Both the position numbers and the translations under genes were made by a program. Positions 63,930 through 64,000 of a DNA stretch of 64,000 nt are shown here, in pieces. The notes beneath the pieces are model-generated. The model was given only the letters and a program-made list of their open reading frames with translations. It did not search any database and was not told where the DNA came from. The stretch lies in the IMG/VR virus record IMGVR_UViG_3300044267_003392; one strand, given 5' to 3'. This DNA is from an uncultured virus (IMG/VR IMGVR_UViG_3300044267_003392) (lineage: Duplodnaviria; Heunggongvirae; Uroviricota; Caudoviricetes). Each line of letters opens with the position of its first letter. Position 1 is the first letter of the stretch.

Positions 63930-64000
63930 TGCGACACCCTCCATTCTTGTCTACAAATATAAATTTCATTTTTAATTTCTTTTGTTCTTGTGTTAGTTTT

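Overview
This AT-rich window is nearly a whole ~65-70 kb tailed-phage genome with podovirus-type morphogenesis genes. By gene content it resembles marine alphaproteobacterial/Pelagibacter-type phages; that is an inference, and no database search was run. Almost all genes lie on the minus strand. The replication module is split across the window ends: UvrD helicase, DUF6378-like protein, family A DNA polymerase, PAPS-reductase-like Fe-S protein, SufE, putative SSB, SNF2 helicase and PD-(D/E)XK exonuclease. Packaging and virion genes include TerS, TerL, portal, GroES, scaffold, major capsid, adaptors, tail/nozzle, Gly-rich and lectin fibres, two 2OG-Fe(II) oxygenases and ejection proteins. An inverted plus-strand cassette of exported and membrane proteins spans 54.1-58.1 kb. 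The strongest signals lie outside the ORF track. (1) A ~185-nt promoter-driven, densely base-paired RNA sits at 53738-53922. (2) A 2.2-kb control region between TerS and TerL (48.3-50.55 kb) holds five perfect DnaA boxes, one inside a perfect sigma70 promoter. It also has a 32-bp-spaced pair of NrdR-box-like sites, a second structured RNA, and five copies of a bipartite repeat that follows small expression units. (3) A 1398-aa virion polyprotein has domains separated by a hydrophobic-x-x-GG motif shared with many other virion proteins, and an internal twin-arginine signal follows one motif. (4) A 36-aa, 10-Cys metallothionein-like peptide is missing from the ORF track. No CRISPR array, integrase, reverse transcriptase, standard tRNA or rRNA was found.
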